Part shown: piece after piece, positions 14,223 through 26,752 of the stretch
Numbering within the stretch: the stretch's first letter is position 1
Layout: each line of letters begins with the position of its first letter
NCBI RefSeq assembly: GCF_001194135.2
Contig: NC_068992.1
Location: 1,299,963 to 1,363,962, forward strand
DNA: 64,000 nt
Reading direction: 5' to 3'
Source of the DNA: Octopus bimaculoides
Taxonomy: Eukaryota
Notes under the pieces: generated by a model
Seen by the model: only the letters and a program-made list of their open reading frames with translations
Databases searched by the model: none
What the model was told of the DNA's origin: nothing
Position numbers and translations under genes: made by a program

Positions 14223-14380
14223 CATATATCTTACTTTGCTTTCATTGTATATAAAACTAAGTACAGTTAAGCCAGCGAACGGCAAGCGCGGCACAGTGCT
14301 TCATGTAAAATTGGATTAGCTAATAATCCAGCCTGGGTGATTCAACAAGTGAGTAAGTCAGTGAGTAACAAGTGGGTTAG
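14223..14380 (+). repeat. Dispersed repeat copy A (possible non-autonomous Helitron/HINE-like 5' end)
   Basis: Shares gtatataaaacta.gt.c.gttaagccagcgaa and ttcatgtaaaattggattagctaat with 15721-15813. It is followed by a gtgagt-type microsatellite. The family assignment is inference. Confidence 0.55.
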
Positions 14381-14571
14381 CGGTCCTGAAACTAAGATAT
14401 AGCCCACCTGAATCTCGTAAATTTAATGTCCTCTAAGAAGGCCTATCTTAATGTATCAACACCTATTATGTAAAGTTTGAGATCAATCTCTGTGAGAGAT
14501 GTTCCTCGTTGACAAGATTTTTCTTGATAGGTAACAGCAATAATTGTGTGTTCAGTATTAGAAACATTAAT

Positions 14572-14762
14572 TCCTCGGCGAACTGGCAGAACTGTGAGCA
14601 AGCTTAGCGGCATTTCGTTGGTCTTTACTTTATGACAACAAATTCCTCGTCGATTTTGTCTTTCATAATTTTGGAGTCCATAAAATAATTGTCTAATAAG
14701 CTGTAGATTCCACTAGTCTCGTTCAACGACATAGCTGGCCTCTTTCCACAGTTTGAAACCTA
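14572..14762 (+). mobile_element. Full-length diverged tRNA-SINE (ggcgagctggcagaa-type) with 16-bp TSD
   Basis: Perfect direct repeat tattagaaacattaat at 14556-14571 and 14763-14778. The head ggcgaactggcagaa...gcttagcggcatttcg and the end tttgaaacc match the copies at 30437-30828. Confidence 0.75.
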
Positions 14763-15720
14763 TATTAGAAACATTAATATCATTTTTAATCTATTATATG
14801 TTTCCACCTACAGTATATAATCTCGCTTGTTTTGCGATTCTCTCATAGCTAAGACCGTAAAAGCGTTGAAGTATGTTTTGCCCACGAGATGTATCAAGAT
14901 TGAAATATTTCGGGAGACGATCCAACGTAATTTCCGGTGTAATTAACACATCAATAATTGAATAACATTGCTGTTTCTCAGCATAATTACCCCTCACTAC
15001 CTTTAATGCACACTGCATCATAAATTTAATAAATGCAGTAAGATCAGGCCATTGGAAGAAAGTTCTGTTGATGTGCATAGCGAATGCTCTAATATCCGCT
15101 GTTGCTGTTTAGCATCAAATCAGTGGAATTTGTGAATACAACTGATAAAATTTATTGCAATACAGATCATTCTGAGTTTTTCCTAGATTTTGTTTGAACA
15201 CGATTACGTCCTTTAATGTATCCTGTATGTCAGGCGGTAGAATATGAAAATACGATCTGGTTGTAAATTATAGTAGATCGAGAACCACACAGATATTTGC
15301 TCATCTTCGCTAAAATTATAGCATAAGTCCTCTATAAAGTCGGTGATGAGTTTTGTACCTATATCAAAGCAACATCTGAGGTAAGCGTTAAATTTGGTAA
15401 TATAATTGTAATAACTCGATCGATAAGTGTTTAAACACAGGATTATGAGATATTGTTAGCTCTTTATTACCTTTTCAGATATGATATATTTTTAGTGGCA
15501 TAGCTTAGTATCAATATTTACAATGGAGAGACTTGTTGCAGAATGCTGCCTGTGGTCCATGCTGAACTATTTAGCGTCTTTTTAGGATTTTGGATGGAAG
15601 CAGTTTTCTTTTGTTCAACTGTTTTTGTTAAAGTCATTTCATTGACCAGCAAGTACAAGAAAGCTTCTGACGTGCCATATAATTTCAAAGGGTGAAATTG
15701 GAATTTCTATTTCTCAATTT

Positions 15721-15813
15721 CATATATCCTTCTTCATTTTCATCGTATATAAAACTACGTCCGGTTAAGCCAGCGAAAGATACAGTATTTCATGTAAAAT
15801 TGGATTAGCTAAT
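15721..15813 (+). repeat. Dispersed repeat copy B
   Basis: Direct-orientation homolog of 14223-14324. Confidence 0.55.
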
Positions 15814-17809
15814 GATCATATACAACTCTCAGCACTGAAATTTTTTAGTTTCAAACATTATCGATTGCTGTTTATCAATCTATAAATATACAGTGGATAT
15901 ATATTTTTACACTTCGCACATACTTCACAACTATCACAGTTTGAGCTCATATTTTCAGTTATTAGAGACTGTACACTTGCTACTCACTAAATATCTGCAC
16001 TGAATGATTTTGAGAAAAACAAAATGTCTGAAAAATTTTAAGAATTAATTACGTAACAAACACATAGGAACATCTTAAACAATTTTATTTATCTTATCTT
16101 GTGATATTCCATCGATATCACCTACGCTTTATGAACTATAATCACGAGATGTTATTTCATACACTAATAATTTAGATGAAAGTTATTTACAAACAACAAC
16201 AGATATTTGCACGCTTATGAATTCTATTTACTATTGGAATAGTCTAACATGTCGTATATACGGCAGTTCTTTAATTATGTCATGAACATTTGAATGCCTA
16301 TATATTGTGCCCATTTGTTGCCTTAGAGAAGTATGTTTGCTGTCATTGAAAATGTACTTACTTATAGTGAAGTAAGTTCACCTGTACTTCTGAGATGACA
16401 TTTAACTAAGTTGAAATGTTATCAACACAGACAATGATGACCGAATATGATCACAAAAATAGCATGCGAAATTTAAACGTAGTAAATATATTTTTAAAAT
16501 GTGAGACTGTAAGCTCATATCAACGACAGCATCTAAAATGGTATTTGTATATAATCATCTATATACTTTATTTTATTACCTCAGAGCTAAAACTGTACGG
16601 TTGGGAGAAGAAAGTCAATTAAACAGACACAAGAGAATTACGACGACATAATTCATTCACTTTAGACACATTAAAAATAACAGTAAACGGCTGAATATGA
16701 ATACGTGAAATACATTTCCTCCGCAGCTGCAATCTTTCTATCACTCCTCCGAGCTACTCAGATTAATTATAATTTCCTAGCTTCGACAGTTCTAATCAGA
16801 ATAAATAGACAATTTATCACATGTGAATATTTTGGTCTAGAGCAAATTAACAATTATTTCATTATTAGAAATAAAAGCAAAGAATATTTGTAAATAACAT
16901 AACAGATTAATTAACTTTCTATGGATGCTGCGAAAGCTATTTACCACGAATAATTATACACGCCGTTTTCCTTACAGAATCATTTGTAATCAAATATGAA
17001 AAAAACACATCAAAACCATTTATGCAGTTTATCAAAATCGTTATCTAACATGTCTTTGAACACGGTATGCACTAGGGTTATTTATGATTTTGTGGGCGCA
17101 TCATACCGTTTATTAAACTTCAAGTTCATTCAATAGACAGAATATTCGGAATGCATAAACCTTCCATTTATATATGAAGAGAGGTGCACATACAGAACAT
17201 ACTATAAAATAATAAATATAGATACATGTACACACATGTACATTTTTAATAACTATCTGATTCGGTTCCACATTATTTGAAGAGTCTTAGACGCAGTTAT
17301 GAGCATTTATGATTTGATGAACAAAATCAAGAATGAAAAGTGTTTGAGGTAATTTGAAAACGCTCTCTAGAGGAAAATGTTAAGGATTCCATTGGTGACA
17401 TCCGGTCGCTAAGTAGCGAAAAGAAGTAATGTTGTATATGTTTGAAGTGGTAAAAAATACTGTCCATTGCCGTGAGGCTGTCCGAGGTCAGTATCATTTG
17501 AGAAAGCAGCGACATCAATTACCGTCGTGTTAATGGGTGAGATAACCTATGGTACGAAATATGTGAGGTCGCTGCTGTATGTCCAGGTATTATTTATTCT
17601 CATATATTACTTCTAAATGACATTTATTAGTGTTCCTTCTCAGATGTTGTGAGGTCAAATCTTATTTCACGTAATGGAATCTCTTTTCTTCCTTTCTGTA
17701 AGCTGATACCCATGGGAATTTTCGTTTTCATGTTTCCCGACGTTGTGCGCTTTAATTTTCGGGCTTGACATTTGTGAGGTAGAGCTTCTTGCGACAGATT
17801 TTCTAGAGT

Positions 17810-17940
17810 TCATATGTGTCACGCTGAATCTCTCCGAGGTTCAGCGTGACACATAGCCACTTGCACGCTACTTTCACATGCAGGTTGATGGGATTAACTG
17901 GAAACCTTGTCGTCGTAACCGACGGATTTTCACCACTCCA
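17810..17940 (+). mobile_element. SINE 3' fragment with internal fold-back inversion
   Basis: gtgtcacgctgaatctc...agccacttgcacg...gtcgtcgtaaccgacggattttcaccac resembles a common octopod SINE body (recall). Perfect 16-bp inverted repeat at 17813-17828 / 17840-17855. Confidence 0.6.
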
Positions 17941-18382
17941 CTTACACTATAAAATTCCATCCCTTCTCTCTTCCTCTCTCTCTCTCTCCCTCTCTCCCTC
18001 TTTCTCGCTCTTGCAAATTACGCACGCACCCACACAAATACACACAACCTACCCTCTATCATTTTGGGGTTTTAGGGTTTTATGCTAGAGTTTGAACTCT
18101 GTGGATATATATCTATCTACGAATTGCTACATTCGATTTCTGCTTAATTATGCTTATACTCACATCTGTTTCACCAAATTAGGAATGCTTTGATGCCACT
18201 AACAACCACCTGTTCTTCATCTAATTGCAACGATTCGACCGCTCTCGTATATCCGATGGCTAATGATTGTTAACCTGGATTGCGTCGCCCATCGTTCGAT
18301 GCTGGATCTTAGGTATTTTATGTCATCTCAGCACTAATCAATTCGTGCCTTTTGTGTGCCTACTGATATGTTCTTAAACATG

Positions 18383-18415
<33 letters not shown>

Positions 18416-20335
18416 NNNNNNNNNNNNNNNNNNNNNNNNNNNNNNNNNNNNNNNNNNNNNNNNNNNNNNNNNNNNNNNNNNNNNNNNNNNNNNNNNNNNN
18501 NNNNNNNNNNNNNNNNNNNNNNNNNNNNNNNNNNNNNNNNNNNNNNNNNNNNNNNNNNNNNNNNNNNNNNNNNNNNNNNNNNNNNNNNNNNNNNNNNNNN
18601 NNNNNNNNNNNNNNNNNNNNNNNNNNNNNNNNNNNNNNNNNNNNNNNNNNNNNNNNNNNNNNNNNNNNNNNNNNNNNNNNNNNNNNNNNNNNNNNNNNNN
18701 NNNNNNNNNNNNNNNNNNNNNATATATATATGAATGAATGAATTTGAGCGTAAATACGTTCATTTGCCTATGTGTATGCTTTCTCTGCACATATTTTGAG
18801 GGGCTTAATCGAAAATTCTATGTAAATGGAAATATTCTTAAATCCTCATGTGTTTGCGTTTAGTCTACCTATAGTAAACCTCTTTGCGTCACTACCGTTC
18901 TTATCAGCAAAAAATGCTCAATGCCATATAGAAAAAAAAAAAAACACGAGACCGCTTACGTTTAGAAAAAAACAAAAATCAAAATATATTTTCATTATTG
19001 CATTGGCTTATCGCCAGAAGTTTCCAACAATGGCATACATTCACGTTATCCTGCACTCACTCACTCATTACCTCACACACACGCTCACTCGCTCACTACT
19101 ACTACTACTACTACTACTACTAGTACAATTTATTTCATAGTGGTGCTTTTTAAAACGTATAATGCATTCTTGGTAGAACAAAGCATATTGAACAGAACCT
19201 AATCCGTATAATACATCATTAAGCGCTATGAGTTTATGCGGTTATTTTAGATTGTCTTGTTTTTCAATATTTCTTATGACCTCACACTTAATTATGATAT
19301 GCAAATACGAAAAAACAAAAGAACACTATTTAATATTAAAATTGTTTTTCTTAATTTATTGTACTTTCACTTACTTTCANNNNNNNNNNNNNNNNNNNNN
19401 NNNNNNNNNNNNNNNNNNNNNNNNNNNNNNNNNNNNNNNNNNNNNNNNNNNNNNNNNNNNNNNNNNNNNNNNNNNNNNNNNNNNNNNNNNNNNNNNNNNN
19501 NNNNNNNNNNNNNNNNNNNNNNNNNNNNNNNNNNNNNNNNNNNNNNNNNNNNNNNNNNNNNNNNNNNNNNNNNNNNNNNNNNNNNNNNNNNNNNNNNNNN
19601 NNNNNNNNNNNNNNNNNNNNNNNNNNNNNNNNNNNNNNNNNNNNNNNNNNNNNNNNNNNNNNNNNNNNNNNNNNNNNNNNNNNNNNNNNNNNNNNNNNNN
19701 NNNNNNNNNNNNNNNNNNNNNNNNNNNNNNNNNNNNNNNNNNNNNNNNNNNNNNNNNNNNNNNNNNNNNNNNNNNNNNNNNNNNNNNNNNNNNNNNNNNN
19801 NNNNNNNNNNNNNNNNNNNNNNNNNNNNNNNNNNNNNNNNNNNNNNNNNNNNNNNNNNNNNNNNNNNNNNNNNNNNNNNNNNNNNNNNNNNNNNNNNNNN
19901 NNNNNNNNNNNNNNNNNNNNNNNNNNNNNNNNNNNNNNNNNNNNNNNNNNNNNNNNNNNNNNNNNNNNNNNNNNNNNNNNNNNNNNNNNNNNNNNNNNNN
20001 NNNNNNNNNNNNNNNNNNNNNNNNNNNNNNNNNNNNNNNNNNNNNNNNNNNNNNNNNNNNNNNNNNNNNNNNNNNNNNNNNNNNNNNNNNNNNNNNNNNN
20101 NNNNNNNNNNNNNNNNNNNNNNNNNNNNNNNNNNNNNNNNNNNNNNNNNNNNNNNNNNNNNNNNNNNNNNNNNNNNNNNNNNNNNNNNNNNNNNNNNNNN
20201 NNNNNNNNNNNNNNNNNNNNNNNNNNNNNNNNNNNNNNNNNNNNNNNNNNNNNNNNNNNNNNNNNNNNNNNNNNNNNNNNNNNNNNNNNNNNNNNNNNNN
20301 TATATATACATGTATGTATATATATGTATATACAT

Positions 20336-20381
<46 letters not shown>

Positions 20382-21848
20382 ATAGATATATATGCACGCA
20401 TGTATACGTTTCCGTACATATAATTCGTATTTCATGAGCACCTATTTAATAGTGAAGAAGACTGTAGATAAAAATATACCTGAAAGTATAAATTTATTGA
20501 GTATGTCTAAGTATATCTTTGTTTCCTTTCGGACATATTACTCATTTAACAAAGCATTGTTGCTTAATTGTATATTCCGATATCAGTGTTATTGCCGAAG
20601 ACGTCTATACGCGGTTGAGTGTCCATCAATCGACAAACACAAGGGATTTGTTTTTAATCGTAAGTCTCACGACTATCAAATTTCGTAAATGTTAGAATTA
20701 CATGAATATTTGCATTTGCCTACCTTATATCTATCTTTGTTAATCTATGGAAGTAGTAAAATCTGATGGACAATGTCTAAAGGTATGAGTTATTCATAGT
20801 TCAATTTTGTCTGATAGTGGTGGTGATAGGCAGTTATATGAAAAATCATATTACTGTATGAACATTTTCTAATGTTTAAGGCTTAGTATTTTAGTAGTGT
20901 TGAGAATTATGAGGGGCCTTTATAATGTGAAGTTCTGTTTCTACTATTGTAAAATCTTCAGTTTATAATGTTCGTCAACTCAGAGGTATTTTCTTTGAGT
21001 TGACAGCTATGATTGGATTATTTTGTTAACATTAATTTGCGGTAAGTGCCACAGAGGAATCGTCATTGTAATGCACCAGTTTTTAATACCGTTCGGTGAT
21101 GTCTTAGAGTTTGTGAAGAACGTCTATATTTTATTATATGTCACCCTCCCTTTATATATAATGTCTTCTACTGACAGACGTAAACATTAACATCCAAGAC
21201 ATTACACCAAATTGAACCATAAGTAACAATAACGTATTTAGTATACCCACTAGATATTTTCTATATATCAACACAGACTAGTATTGCTCATATAATGATT
21301 CTAATACTCTTATCAATATTATAGTCTTATAGATAGCTAATCTGCTACAAAATAACAGAACCTTCTATAATCTTCTCTATTGCAATAAAAATATCTAGAA
21401 ATTTCAGAAGCAAATGATAAAACTGATTACACACTAAATACACTAAAACGTTCAACACTTTTTAAGTCCGATATCTCAAAGACAAACACATAAGTACAGG
21501 ATAAACGGAAGCCGGTTAAACTTTAATGTAGTCGCAAATTTAAGTGTACGTTAGCATCTCTAACAGAGAAAGACAATTTGTCTCATAAACTCTCAGTCAA
21601 CGAACCGAAGAAAAAAGTATCGGAAGAGGTAGCTTCAAATAGATATTTAAATATATTTTATAAAACAAAAGCCTTCCAGATGATGTATTTCAGCTCTTAT
21701 CATGTACCAGAGTATAGAGTATAGAAACTTATACAAGTATCACTTCTTAGCCTAAACATATCAATAATATAGATTTGCTTTAATTTGTATGTATATAAGA
21801 GAAGCACACTATAAGTCATGGAGCAGCAGCGTTTTTACAGAATGTTAC

Positions 21849-22017
21849 TTATGGCCGCTGTTTAAGGTTACCCACGACGTTACGTCCATAAAACGCTGAG
21901 CTTTACACACGTCACGTCAGTCGCTAATGATCGCTGGCCTCTGGTCTGACGTGACGTGTGTAAAGTTGAGATATTTAGGGACGCCAAACCCTGGCTAAAC
22001 CTATGAACTGGCCATAA
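21849..22017. mobile_element. Palindromic MITE/foldback element (~170 bp)
   Basis: Termini ttatggcc / ggccataa; diverged outer arms (aggtt, cgtcc.taaa). Perfect inner 20-bp arms ctttacacacgtcacgtcag (21901-21920) / ctgacgtgacgtgtgtaaag (21946-21965). Confidence 0.65.
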
Positions 22018-22439
22018 CTAACATTCTCTAAATATCACTGTTTCTATTTCTCTCTCTCTCTCTGTCTCTCTCTCTCTCTCTATATATATATAGATATATA
22101 TATAATTATATGTATTTCTTCTATCTTAATGAATAAAAATTCTTTTAAAAAATATATCAATTTGCATTTACGTATGATTTTTTGGATGTATGTACCTTTT
22201 TGTGCACAGATGTATATATTTATACATAGGTTTCTTTACATATTCATATATGAGTGTACTTGTGATTAAGTATGGGAGAGTATTTGTGTAGATGTATTTT
22301 TTATATAAAAAAATATATGTCTATATTTAGATGTATGTATGTGTGTGTGTAAATATACATGTGTATATGATTGTGTATACATGTATATGTGAGTGTATGT
22401 CCACATGTGTATGTATATGTATGTATGTATGTGTATATA

Positions 22440-22526
<87 letters not shown>

Positions 22527-23849
22527 NNNNNNNNNNNNNNNNNNNNNNNNNNNNNNNNNNNNNNNNNNNNNNNNNNNNNNNNNNNNNNNNNNNNNNNNNN
22601 NNNNNNNNNNNNNNNNNNNNNNNNNNNNNNNNNNNNNNNNNNNNNNNNNNNNNNNNNNNNNNNNNNNNNNNNNNNNNNNNNNNNNNNNNNNNNNNNNNNN
22701 NNNNNNNNNNNNNNNNNNNNNNNNNNNNNNNNNNNNNNNNNNNNNNNNNNNNNNNNNNNNNNNNNNNNNNNNNNNNNNNNNNNNNNNNNNNNNNNNNNNN
22801 NNNNNNNNNNNNNNNNNNNNNNNNNNNNNNNNNNNNNNNNNNNNNNNNNNNNNNNNNNNNNNNNNNNNNNNNNNNNNNNNNNNNNNNNNNNNNNNNNNNN
22901 NNNNNNNNNNNNNNNNNNNNNNNNNNNNNNNNNNNNNNNNNNNNNNNNNNNNNNNNNNNNNNNNNNNNNNNNNNNNNNNNNNNNNNNNNNNNNNNNNNNN
23001 NNNNNNNNNNNNNNNNNNNNNNNNNNNNNNNNNNNNNNNNNNNNNNNNNNNNNNNNNNNNNNNNNNNNNNNNNNNNNNNNNNNNNNNNNNNNNNNNNNNN
23101 NNNNNNNNNNTATATATATATATATGCTTGTGTGTGTACAGATACACACATACATATATGAATATTCTTATTTAACCACATGATGTCCTTAGCATTACGG
23201 TCGTTTCGCAGCTTTCTTCATGTAATAATAATTTCAGTGTGGAATATATTGTTTACATGTTTGCATGAATATACATGAGCCACATATCATTTTTTGCATT
23301 GATTTGTTAATATACAGCCAAATCTAAATAATGCGATTCTAACACGTTAATCCGGAGAACAAGATGGCGTTTTGGTGTTAATACTGCTCACATCACTATT
23401 AAATATTTTTTGATAAGCCCTCCAGCTATTTGTGACATTGATATTCTTTATATGTTTGGCGGAATATTCGGCTGCTTTGTCTCTGCTGGCTATCTGTCAC
23501 TGGGGAGCAAACAGCCGGGAGAAATCTCGTGATTTGGCTATTCTGGCCACCGTAGCAGACGGTTGTCGTCACTTAACAATATAATTATGAGTGTTTTTAT
23601 GCAACACAAGTTCGTATACCCTGAATGTAAATGACGTATTTTAAGTTCTAACCCAACCTCCATATTAAATTGGGGATCAAGTCTGCGTTTCAGTATTAAT
23701 ATTGCTTCTGTGGATATTAGGCTTGGGTGTGTAGTAACCGTCCCATCATGCCTTTCCGTGCTTTGTTTTCTGGTCTTGCTGAATGGTATATATTTAACAA
23801 ATTTAATATAATTAACGTTTCAAATTAGCTTATCCGCATAATTGCCTCT

Positions 23850-23925
23850 CTCTCTCCCTCCACCTCTCTCACTCTTCTTCTGCCTCTGTCTGTCTGTTTG
23901 TCTCTGTTTCTCTCTCTCTCTCTTT

Positions 23926-23988
<63 letters not shown>

Positions 23989-24115
23989 TAGATAGATACA
24001 GATATATATGTATGATTGTATGCATATATCTATATACCTATCTATCTATCTATCCACTCATCCATCCGTCCATCCATCCATCCGTCCATCCATCCATCCA
24101 TCCATCCATCCATCC

Positions 24116-24162
<47 letters not shown>
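23850..24162. repeat. Compound microsatellite (CT)n-(TA)n-(TCCA)n-(TCTA)n
   Basis: Directly visible. Confidence 0.95.
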
Positions 24163-24589
24163 ACATTGCATAACAGATTATCTTCAAATACCTGTACCAG
24201 ATAAAACGTTATTGCATTAAACGAGTAAAAAATCTAATCTCATGAACGTATAAGATTTTCAAAAATTTCAAATTCTGTAAAATGTATTGCAATTCAAAAT
24301 AATGTGAAAATGCAATTAACAAACCTACACCAGCATCTACTTCTCAGAATAGAAAATAATACTGAATTTCTAACAGCTTAATCGTTATTGTAAAGGAATA
24401 TATAAATAAATAAAATCTGGATCTCTTCACATAAAAATAATTATATTAAATATTATTATTCTAATGTTTGTAAATGTTGAATTGTTCTATGCTGCCCACA
24501 TGTGGTGATTAAACAGCTTAGCAGTGTACATTTCAAATGTGTGGGTATTAAGAGACGTTTATATTTCAATGTTTATTTTTTCCATATAT

Positions 24590-24760
24590 AGGCTTGATGT
24601 TGTATCAAGAAAATTGCTTATCAACCACATGGTTCGGAATTCAGTGCAACTGCGTGAGACCTTCAGCAAGTCTCTTCTGCTATAAGTTCTTCTATCGACC
24701 AAAGCATTTTGAGTGGATTTGGTAGACGTAAACTGAAAGAAGCCCGTTGATTATATATAT
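24590..24760 (+). mobile_element. tRNA-SINE 5' half (head and core)
   Basis: aaccacatggttcggaattcagtgc...gaccaaagc...gagtggatttggtagacgtaaactgaaagaagcccgt followed by (TA)n. Degenerate tRNA-like head. Confidence 0.7.
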
Positions 24761-24789
24761 ATACGACAGGTTTCAAATTGGGGATACAA

Positions 24790-25145
24790 ATTATGGACTC
24801 CTTCATAGAGTAACTGTTGCATTTGTTGAGTATATAAACAGTTTGGCTACTTCTTTCTCTGGGGATTGTCAAAATGCTTCAGACTCTTCTCATTAGGAAA
24901 TCAATTAAGGTTGTTCTTCACTGTTTTTTAGTCTTTAGAGAATTGTCTAAAAATTTGCCCTGTTTATAATTACACCATTTGGTACATATTTATTATACCT
25001 TGCCTTGATACTGTGTGGATTAAAATCTCCTTTGACAGGCTGCTGGTATTTATAGAGTGTTTAAACAAATTCGTTTCGCAATTTAAGTACTCCTTCATAG
25101 AGTAACTGCTGCATTTGTTGAATAAATTTGAACAAGTTTGGCTCT
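24790..25145 (-). mobile_element. Possible LINE APE endonuclease remnant with local duplication
   Basis: AKLVQIYSTNAAV / YEGVLKLRNEF / QQPVKGDFNPHS resembles QVYAPT...FYE.L...GDFNA. A 33-bp duplication lies at 24797-24829 / 25089-25121. Confidence 0.3.
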
Positions 25146-26696
25146 TTGAATTACAGGTCCAATGCGGCTCGCAGTCTTCTACAGACTATCTGTCTACTCA
25201 ATTGCAATCACAAGTCATTAGTAAACGTGAGGTAATAGAAAATGACGCACATGCGCATTCACACATGCACATCCTCTCACGCTCAAGCATGTAAATAAAG
25301 CGCCACTCGGTAGAGAGTGGGATCTATTACATTTTCATCATAATTATTCTAATTGCAATCGATGCCTGTCTATACCCGGCATCGTAGATATATTCAATTC
25401 ACCACGACTTAGTCTAGAGCAATGCTTTCCAAAACTCATTGAGCAGCCGTATGCTTGTCCTCCAGACCACATTCCTAGCGCCTCCCCCAAATCACCACTA
25501 CAAACGCAGACCACTGTCTGCCGCGAATTCAAAATAAGTGTATTTCACAAATAAAATTTAACCTAATTACTTTGGTGTCTTTTAACGGCCACTCCATTGA
25601 GAACTGGAATGAGAGCAGCCTATAGTTATGCTTTATGGTTATTGCTGTTGCCATTTTCTTGTTTATATAACAATTTGACATTATCTCTCTTGATAGTTCT
25701 GTAAATATGGATGTTGCAACCTCAAATTTACAACTGTTTCAAAGAACATGTGAGCGAATATTTAGTTGTTTGCAAATATTTGTGTCACATACTATATGAC
25801 GTACTTAATTATATGATTTTGTTATATATTTTTTTAATTGATAACAGCTTACATTGTTGCATATGCATTAGTAAACAGTCCTTACTTTAATGTTGAACTA
25901 ATCGTTCTTCGTTATTTAATAATTAAAAACTACAATTTATTGCTAATCTAAAACTACTGTAATAGTGTTCAGTAGGATAAAAGGAACACTAATTTCTAGA
26001 TTTTATTGGTTTCTTGGTCATGCACTAATCATACTTTAGTGGTTATAGTTTAGCTGTTGAAATCGCATGTAATCTCATTTATAATTATTAAGGCTTACAG
26101 ATTTATGAAGCATTTCGTCTGTCATCTATACTTAGAATAGCGATAGCATATTGTATACTTGTACTCATAGATTTTTAGCTGTCTCTCAATTCCTTCATAT
26201 ATGGTGACACATCACGCATGTATAAACTCTCTTACATACGTAGCATGAATTACTAATCGGACAAAAGTAATAGATGTTCAGAAGTAGAATATTTCCCGGT
26301 TTACTTCTGATGTTTAAAAGTTTGATTACATGGAGTCATTATTATAGAAAACATTAGGATTTTGGATTGCCATGGGTATGTCATATAATGTCATCTCTAG
26401 AATGAGGACTAAATGTTTTCATTACAACCTGCCTCTCGATTCATAATTTACTTCTGATTGATTTCATATGTAATCTACTATGTTACTTTTTGAACCTCGC
26501 AAACTGATACTCAAAATTATCAACAATCGTATATTACTCCATCCAGTTCAGAAATCAATAAATATGTTTAGTTACTACAAACAGCCAATATAAAGAACAC
26601 ACACACACACACACGTGTGTTTGAGCTTACCCGTGTCCACATACACATACGCACGTACACACACACACATATATATATACATTATATTAACACACC

Positions 26697-26752
<56 letters not shown>

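Noticed and set aside
15187-15700. Apparent + strand exon-intron-exon (donor 15381, acceptor 15478)
   Set aside because: Both candidate exons have stops in all frames; the minus strand looks more coding-like.
17340-17785. Cluster of GAGGTCA-like half-sites, a let-7 seed word, and a 9-bp inverted repeat (agcagcgac/gtcgctgct)
   Set aside because: Short words with no regular spacing; the interior does not pair well enough for a pre-miRNA.
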